A stretch of DNA of 63,772 bases, counting the filler, from Platydemus manokwari (taxonomy: Eukaryota): NCBI GenBank assembly GCA_037951405.1. It is 6 parts of 6 records of this genome, joined end to end, with 100 filler letters (N's around TTAATTAATTAA, not from the genome) between each part and the next. Parts side by side here need not be neighbours in the genome. Positions count along the whole stretch, not along the records: positions 53,447 to 63,772 come from JBBMOY011145438.1; 5 more parts are not named here. The stretch is one strand, 5' to 3'. The notes under the pieces are model-generated. The model saw only the letters and a list, made by a program, of their open reading frames with translations, was not told the origin of the DNA and made no database searches. This document shows positions 55,093 to 63,772 of the stretch, piece after piece; within the stretch, counting starts at the first letter, position 1, and every line of letters begins with the position of its first letter. A program made the translations under genes and the position numbers.

Positions 55093-56430
55093 ACATGTCT
55101 CTTGTCGTACATCAACTGATTCAGGAATCTTATTCGTCCAAAAGGCTTGATAGTAAACGCATTAATTTTTGCAGATACAATTAAGCTATCTCCACGAATT
55201 ATTAAGATGATTTTTCGTAGTGACCTGAGATCTTTGGCGTTTAATTTCATTCATCAAGCTAGAACAAATACTCTAGCAATAAATGCATCGCCTTGGAAGA
55301 CAAAGGAGGATAGCTAAATATGCCCACGTTACCATAGTTACCCTGAAACCTTGGAACATGTACCGTAATCACACAAGTACAATTTTCGTTCCAAATTTCA
55401 ACATTAAAAATGGGAGGAGTATTATACTTGAGTATGTAAGAAAGATCAAATTATGTACCCGGACTTGGAAAAAAAGCTCGTGGAGTGGGTAACCAACCAA
55501 AGCTGCAATGGCTACATTGTCACGATGTTTCATATCCAGCTAGAGGCTTTAAAAGGAAGAGAGATTCAAGTTTCAAGGCTTCTCTTAATTAAGTCAACAG
55601 GTTCATGAAGAGAAATAGCCTACGCCTAAAGTAGAAGACAAAACTCGCTCAAAAGCTAACTCCAAACCTTGATAACAAAGTAATTTCTGACTGAATTGCA
55701 GAAAATGTAATTGTCTGAAATAAAATTTTATTCACAAAAGAACTTAATTTTTTAACATAAGAATTTGAGTATGTCAAAAAACACCAGTTTCAAAATTTAA
55801 AAGTAGGCATTATACTTGGGTGATTACGGTACTACAGTGTTGCAACTCCCAAAAAAAGTACAAACTGCTCTCCATAGTGCATGCTTGAAAAAAATTGTTG
55901 ACTGCCTTCGATAAAAAAATATTATTGTAATAGTGAATCAAATGTGCTCACTTTTAACGAAAAGAAAAGAGCGTATCGATTTATTGGTTACTGATGTATA
56001 GCAAAAAAGATCTTCCTGGTAGACGTGAAATGTCCGATTGACACAATACAAAACTATAAGGAGTCAAACAAAAATAATATAATCCATTATACCGATTTTA
56101 GGAATGAGCTAGCTAAATTGAAACCAGATTTCAATATTGAGCTTTTTACATGCTTTGTAGGCTCACTTCGTACAGTACCCGAGTGCCGAAAAATAAAATC
56201 CAAAACCTGGTCGAAGAATGCGCAATTTCAAATATTGACCATTCGGCAAAAATCTGGTAATTTTACTCGATTAGTGTTTTGATAGATATTATCTAACACA
56301 AAATAGAATGAATGAATTCCTACTTAACGAAAAACCGACATGAGTGAATGAAAAAGCAAAATTGATTTCACGAATAAAAGCTTTCAGACCCAAGCAGGTC
56401 ACAATCAATCCAATAACAAAAACACAAAAA
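55093..56430 (+). mobile_element. 5'-truncated RLE-clade non-LTR retrotransposon (NeSL/R2/Utopia-like)
   Basis: FIHQARTNTL..CPRY...ETLEHV|LQCC zinc knuckle and RIDLL..IFLVDVKCP..FVGSL endonuclease; A-rich 3' end. Confidence 0.8.
55363..55829 (+). mobile_element. pogo/Tigger non-autonomous element
   Basis: TA TSD; TIRs CCGTAATCAC(A/C)CAAGTA; CENP-B HTH remnant YPDLEKKLVEWV..FKAS..RFMKRNSL..TKLAQKL. Confidence 0.92.
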
Positions 56431-58601
56431 ACAGTTTTATTAATCACTATTTATTTTGGTTCATCATTCTTCATTTGCACAAAATTAAGTTTTAACATAA
56501 CATATTCTAAATCAATTAAATAAACGCAGTATTTAAAAATGTATTGCTTTATTATCAATTTCTGTTGTTTTGTTATTGAAAACCGTCAAATTTTCATTTT
56601 TAAAAGTGGTAAAATATCATTTATGTTTTATTTTTAAAATAAGAATTATTGAAAATGATGACTATAATGAGTAGCATAACACATGTGTCTTTTATCAAAT
56701 GTATTGATTACTACAAATGAAATTGATTTTGCTAGAATAAATTTTATGAAAACATTTATTTGTTGTGATCCTTATAAAGATTTTATTGATCAAAGTAATG
56801 AGCGAGAACTTTTGTAATAGACTCTTGAGATATGAAATTGAAATTGAATTTAAAAAAATAAAAAAAATGATGCTGATTTCGAATTATCAGTCAACTACTT
56901 ACAAATCATGTTTCCATATATCTTTAAAAAGTTTAGAAAATTCTTTAATTTATTTCTCACATTCTGAAATATATGAACAATTTGTTTATATTTTAAAGGC
57001 CATTGTTTATTCGAAAATTTTATCGATTGCCAACACAGAATAAATGAAATGATTTTATTGAATAAATATATTTAAGGAATTTAATAAAATTTCGTCAACA
57101 AAAGTTGTCTAAGTATAATTAATTTTGGATTATCATTAAAATTTACATTACTACCTATTGTTTAACGCTGCATATTACTTTCTGTGTTCCTGCAATAACT
57201 GTGACTGATTGCATATATTATCTACAAATAAGGGTTTTTAATGCCAAACATGATTTTTTAACGCGATTGTTTGTCATTAAATTTAATTACGCAGATGAAA
57301 ATCAGCGGATATAAATAGAATCCATGGTTATTTTCGTGTTGTTTTGTTTTACACAATAATTATAGAAAGTAACAATAGATAACTAAAGATTTATAAGTAT
57401 TTATTTTATAGAACTTTACTTTAATAAGTTGGTATAAATTAAAGAATACTTATGTATTCGAGTCATGTTTTCTTTCTGTTATTCATATAGCAATCTAATT
57501 TTTATAATTATAATAATATTAATAATAAAAATAAAGATAACACACCCACACACACACATATACATATATACAATAATTTTTGTCACACATATTGATAAGC
57601 ACCGATGTAATGCTGAACTGACCAACTAATTGATGTAAATAATTATCTGTGACTAGCTACTGTTACTGACTACTCATAGTGTCTTATTAAGTGCCCTATT
57701 AATATTGCAAATATCCTTTTCATTTATTCTCAAACAAATATTTTTTTATTATTTAAATATTATTCCATTTAAAACACGTTATAACTCAAATCACAATCGA
57801 TTCTCCACATGTATTTCCAACACTAAACGTAATGATTCTTGAATAGTCTTGTGTTTACCGTGGAGTGTTTGTAGATAAGATTGACAATTAGAAAAGAGAT
57901 AAATATAAAAGACTGATAAAAAGAAAATAAAATAAAATCAGAATTGTTTTAAAAAACTGATATATGCTCTTTCAAGAATATTTATTATTTTAAAGTTAAT
58001 GTTTTTTTTTCTATTTCGACTACAGGCGGCTTTACTCATGTTGTTTTATTTACCAAGCGTGCGTTATCAGAATATATGATAGAATCACTGACAATTCAGT
58101 GAAGTTGCTTAGTGCTTAACCTCTGTACGTAGTCCTGGCAATGTAAAGCTTAAGAAACGGAAGAGACATCGATTTTACATTTTAATCATTCATTTCGATT
58201 TATATTTTTTCAAATATACTATTTGTATATACCTATTTATTATTTTATCGATTTTAACGATAAATATATTTATTAAATTATTATATCTATTGTTATAGTA
58301 TCATTGATATATTATTGATAAAAACAATTGTTATCGAAGATCGAAATATAAATATGGTCAATAAATATCAATATTGATATAAATCAATTAATTATTATTA
58401 TAAAAATATTATAAATAATTATAATTTAAAGATAATTTGTTTGAATGAATTAAAGTATTGCATTACTTATAAAACGCTCATTATTTTGCTCTTTATTATT
58501 ATTATTAAAAACACATTACTTGGATGATGCTATTAGAAATAATTTGGTATGTTTTAGGTAAAATTTTATTTTATTTTGTGAATAACCTCATATTTATCTA
58601 A

Positions 58602-59182
58602 ATGAATAAAGGACGTGTGAAATTAAAAAAAAGAAAACCAATGTCGGAGACGCAGTTAAATGGACAAGTATTTGAAAGGGGATTAAATTCTCAGATCACT
58701 GATGATCCCTGTATTCTTAGAAACAATAATAATGAACCAGATGTAAATTGACACATATAATATTTCTCATTTTTTTCTCCATATGACTTAATCTATACTA
58801 AAAGGAAACCATGACCATTTATACAACATTCTTCGTATTTATTCATGATTCATCTAGTTATACATTTTGGTCTTATTTTATCAATAATCAGAACCAGAAG
58901 GCTCTATATAAACAATGTGCAAAATGTAAATTTGTGAGTGACATGTTGATTATATTATCACTTCTTGGCTATGTTCCGGATCAACTTCAAGAAAGATATC
59001 AGAAGTAATATAATAAATAATTAATAACTATAATGATATTATTATATTATGAAAATTATACTTTGTCATAAATTATAATTGGTCTCATATTTTCCGATAA
59101 ACTAATTCATAATATTTTTTTAATTTAGAGAACTGTTTATCAATGAATTCAATGTCAATTGAAAGAACATTTCAGATTACAG
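58602..59182 (+). CDS. Possible 5' exons of an unknown gene (58602-58742, about 59131-59182)
   Basis: Open MNKGRVKLKKRKP...EPD exon ending at GTAAAT; no recognised domain. Confidence 0.3.
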
Positions 59183-61707
59183 GTCCTTGTTTTATAAATA
59201 ATTATTTTATTGATTTTAATTTTATTTTTCCAATGCTGATCCAATCGGCCGTATAATACTCACTTTACGGAAAGTTCCAAGGTAAGATTTTCATTGTTCT
59301 ACAGAAATTAAATATTATTTTCTAGCACAAAAAAAATTTATTGCTATTTTTAATAACTGTTATTCATTCCTATTTCACACGGCATTCTGAAAATCGATCC
59401 CCCATCACCAGGAAATGTTTCAAATGAAGAATCTGATTTTAAAAACCTTTTATAAATTTGTTTTCATTAAAAATGTATGTGCTTCTATATTATTGCGATT
59501 AAAGAATTGAGTTAATTTGAAAATAATTAAAATTGTTTAAGAAATATTTATATCCACATGTCAGTAAAAATAAATACCGAATAAAGAATTTGCCTTGGAA
59601 CTTTTGTTTAATAACTTAAAACGGTTGCATGCCTACAAAGGAATAGTAAAAATTAACCAATCACAGTTGAGTTACATGGGAAACGATAGAAATGAAATCA
59701 TAGAAAGACAGGAAAACACACTACTAAAAGGTTATTAATATCGTATCTTAAAGAACACGTAGAGGAGCACAGAAGTGTAATAAGGGCGACGACAGAGAAG
59801 ATAGGTACTAAGTGCAAGAATACTATTATTCAACTGTAAACCTCTTTGATTATTTTTATTTATCGATTGAATGTTGAAAGATTGTAATAACTGAGAGCTT
59901 CATTATAATCTGCGTAAGACGATATTAAATAATAGAAAGAAGAAAGATGATAAATAAATTGGATATCATCTTCGTACGATTACAGTGTTTGTCATTGGGA
60001 CCGATAAATTAAAGTCTTTAAACTAAAACGAAAGCTGTTGGTTGCATTTTGAGGTTATGTGATTATGTCGGGATATTTTAGTAAGTTCCAAAAAGATGAA
60101 TCAGAATAACCCAGATATTTCGATAACCATAACATGAAATTATTAACAGTGAATCATTATAATTGCTTTTTCTGTTGCAGGCATCTTTATTAAATAGTAT
60201 AAATTAATAGTGAATTACGATTTTTAGAATATCAAGATATATAATAATTATTTACAAAAAATCTACATCATATACAACAATTAATGGAAGGAAAAAAGTA
60301 AATGTCTATTTCTCGACAAATAATAAGTTACAACCGATTGAATAAAATACTTTTTATCGATAACAGGGATAATTAAGAGGCCTAAATAAAATCAAATATA
60401 AAGAGAAGAATTGGAAAGATTATTAAATAAAAGATTTTATAATAAATGATTGGATGGGGACGAAATATGAATATGATAGCGGTAATATCAAAATGAAAGA
60501 TCAAATCATTCCGATGAAAAGCCATATGGCAATAAAGTTTAAAAATATATAATTATCTACAAGTACTAGTAGAAATCAGGTCAAAAGAACAAACACATGC
60601 TAGAATTTGAAATATTCGTCTAAACGTAAACAATTTCCACGATACCAAACAAGCATCTGATAGCTGAATCAAGGCAAATTTTTTAAAAAGTTATTATATC
60701 TACCAAGTATTTCATCTAAATAATAACTATGACCAAGTTTGGTTACATTCCCTCTGATGTGTATACCCTGTGCCTACTAACTGAAGATTTTCGACTCCTA
60801 TTAATCAGGCATTCTGAATTCTGGTCCAACATCATTATTTTGTTTTTATTCCGACACTATTGAAATATTTTCAACATTGTTTTACAAGCAATCCGGATTA
60901 TCCTGATATTCTTTTGCAATTTGCCACATTAAAGTCTTTCTTAAGGTTGACCTTATTTCATCCTCTATTCTTATCTAGTTCACTTTTTACTGCATCGTTC
61001 CATTTCCAAATATTAGCTTCTATTTATCTCATTGAATTTCCAATGCCAAGTCAGTAAAATTTCACATATTTTATACTTCTGACCAAAAAATATTCCTTAT
61101 CATTTTCTATATCTGCACTTTAGTGTAAAACTCCAGTCTATGTTAAATTAGCATTGATAATTAATTTTCAATTATCAATTCAAAAAATTGAATATTTTTA
61201 TTTGTTTTTATTTTCACCTTTTAATTGATTATTTTTATTTTTTTGAAGTTGCTGCTGAATCGATTTTGATAAGCTCTTTACTATAAATTAAATAAGAAAT
61301 GTTTATTTAATTAGCTCTAATAACCTTTCAGTAACTTTTATAAAAAATCAATAAATTTTGAATTTTTATTGTACATTTGTATTTATATTATTAATTTTCA
61401 ATAACAGTAGATGGAAAGGCCGGCATAGAAAAGTTTAAAACAAAATATTTTGAATTGTGAAATTATAACATTAGGAGTACTTAAGCTATTTAAAATATTC
61501 TTTATTAAGGGTTCAGAAGTATTATATCGAGCTCGGAACCTGCAAGAAAGTAATTTATTGATTAAGTAATTTTTATAATTATCTTATTATGCTCAATAAT
61601 ATCAAACAAAAATGATTATTGGATAATTAAAATAGTCAGGAGTAAATGAATTGCTGAGAATGTCTGCATGAAACACATCCTTAAAACAATGGGACAATAA
61701 AAACTAA

Positions 61708-62317
61708 AGTTAATATTAAAAAACAAACGGTGTAATTTGAAAGAGAATAAAATATTCAAACGAGTTATCTTTTTACTGGCGACTACGTCGAAATTAACGA
61801 GAAGAGAGGCAGAAAGTTTTTGCGAATCTGCCACAAAAAACGCAGGAGTTAGAGATTCCGAAACCATCATTCTACGATTCATCAATCCAAGACGCTGAGA
61901 AATGGTTCCAAACAACCAAAGATTTTGCGACTTTATATCAAATGGAACTATCATTTGCATTTGATATGCTTTTGAGAGATGAGAGCTGTGTCAAGAATAC
62001 AGAAGTTTCAATGAGACTGTGTCAAATAAAGATATTGAGAAATGGTTTTTAGAAATATTTTCACAGTTGGATAAGAGAAGAAAGAACCACATAATATGAA
62101 GAAAAACGGTGAACGTTACGAAGGTCCTCACAGAATTTTGAAATTTTTAAGTCCACATCAAGTTCTTCTTGATTTCCAGGGACGACCAAAATCTCGAAGA
62201 ATTTAGTATCTAAAAAGGATCTCAAATACAACGGGAGAGGGAAATTAGATAAAAAAAGAAACGGTGTAATTTTGAAAATAGAATAAAACTATGATGCAAA
62301 CGACTTATCTTTTTACT
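61708..62317 (+). mobile_element. Miniature (TRIM-like) Gypsy-derived LTR element, 610 bp
   Basis: About 70-75 bp LTRs (61708-61777 and about 62243-62317), element ends AGT...ACT, 4-bp TSD CTAA, PBS TGGCGAC, PPT GGGAGAGGG, integrase GPY/F remnant RYEGPHRI. Confidence 0.85.
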
Positions 62318-63701
62318 CTAAATAATATCAATAATCACACAAAAATAATTCCAATTAAAATACTTTTTTAATTAAATTACATAAATTAAATTATTTATTT
62401 CATAATGTCCGTTTCTATTATGTAGAAATTGATTAGCGAAGTGAAACACCAAATTTTACACATATGGTTGTAAAAACCTAAATCATTGATGTCACTAAAT
62501 ATGATTCATAAGAAGATAATTATTTTAAATAAACAATCTCACTTTAAATCTGACACAATAGAGCATCAAAAGTAAGAAATGTAAAAAAAATATTCATAAA
62601 AATAATTACACAGAGAAAACAAAAGATAAAATGTTAAACACCAAGTAAGACCGACATTAATTCTTCTGCTATTTAGCTGTTATGTTGCACCTTTGCTTTT
62701 AATCTATAACGATTGAATTGAAATTAAACGATGCAACCTGGTTTAAATTAAATCGATAATGTGTAATGGATGATTGATGTATTATTAATGATTCATAGTT
62801 TAGAGTTGATTGATATTTCGTGCAGGGTTCTAACAACTAATAGATAATCATATTAAATAACGTTAGATTATGTATAAATGAGTTGGGTTAATTCTTTCTG
62901 AACTTTGTGTAAGATTATCAAAAATTTTATAAAAATATTAAAAAAATTAATACCTCACCGGAGATTGATGCGAAATTAAATTATAAATAATTAAAAAAAT
63001 TTTTGAATGATGATTATTTTACTTTTCTATAATTATTTCGTGTCTTAATGCAATTTTAAAATTTTTATAATCAATAAATATGGTTTTTTCGATATTATTT
63101 AAATGATTTGTTTAATTAATATTTTTATTATAAAATTTAATGTACACATTAATATTTTAGAAACATCTGATTGAGTAATGGTACCTGTGTGTATCAATCT
63201 TTTATGAGATTTATACATTGAATAAGTTATTAACTTATTGCACCCTGAAATAAAGTGAACAAATAAGCACACAATAACGTCGACATATGAAGTCTTCACT
63301 TAAAAGTATGGTAGCGAATACAGGTAATATGAAAAAACTGATTGGTTCTTAAGGACATCATTAACCAGTGAAATTACATTAAGATTGCTTTAACTATCAT
63401 ATGAAGATTGTGATAAATAAATTAAACTGATTGATGATAAATGTTGAGCTTATTTCAAAATTAATATCAAATCATCGATATATCTCAGTGCCTTATAATA
63501 TTTTCAAATATTTATTGAAAGCACTTTGTGTGAGTAATTTCTGAACTGTTTTAAAATGTTTAATCTCAAACGAATGACAAATATTTTTCACAAAATTGAT
63601 TTTATTCAAGGAAATCCTAAAATAAATTTTTTTGTCCATAATTAGTTTATCGTTGACTTATAATTGTCTCGTTCTTAGTAAATGCTAATAAATTTAATAT
63701 A

Positions 63702-63772
63702 TTAGGTTGGTGCAAAAATAATGGCCTTTTTTAAATTGGCTTTTCATTTTTAAATATTAAATTGAAGATCTT
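63702..63772 (+). mobile_element. mariner (cecropia/Hsmar1-like) terminal inverted repeat, truncated by the window end
   Basis: TA-TTAGGTTGGTGCAAAA.TAAT.GC matches the cecropia-subfamily TIR. Confidence 0.75.

Noticed and set aside
57712-58127. Possible second AT-AC intron (ATATCCTTTT ... TGCTTAAC ... AC)
   Set aside because: Weak branch site and no flanking coding frame to support it.
1-63772. Alternative nuclear genetic code
   Set aside because: The conserved genes translate cleanly with the standard code; in-frame stops occur in decayed elements and unassigned exon-like segments, not in the conserved genes.

Overview
AT-rich eukaryotic genomic DNA made of six separate contigs (1-14102, 14203-23644, 23745-32583, 32684-42100, 42201-53346, 53447-63772). 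They are joined by artificial 100-nt spacers (N44-TTAATTAATTAA-N44), so adjacency across spacers means nothing. Short 40-60 nt introns, a Sulfotransfer_4-type enzyme, a divergent TRAF and a cecropia-type mariner end suggest a free-living flatworm (inference). Host genes are the 5' half of a divergent Cav2 channel alpha-1 with a 66-nt U12 AT-AC intron, a likely SNAPC5, a partial sulfotransferase, a partial MICU3/2, a TRAF, a double-HTH ORF and a small secreted orphan. Mobile DNA includes several hAT/Buster MITEs with TSDs, a pogo MITE nested in an RLE-type non-LTR element, a 610-bp mini LTR element, Gypsy/LINE debris and a decayed Maverick/Polinton penton plus adenain module. The most unusual signal is a tandem pair of type III hammerhead ribozyme motifs with co-varying stems, 139 nt apart (50979-51166). 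All calls come from manual reading; no searches were run.
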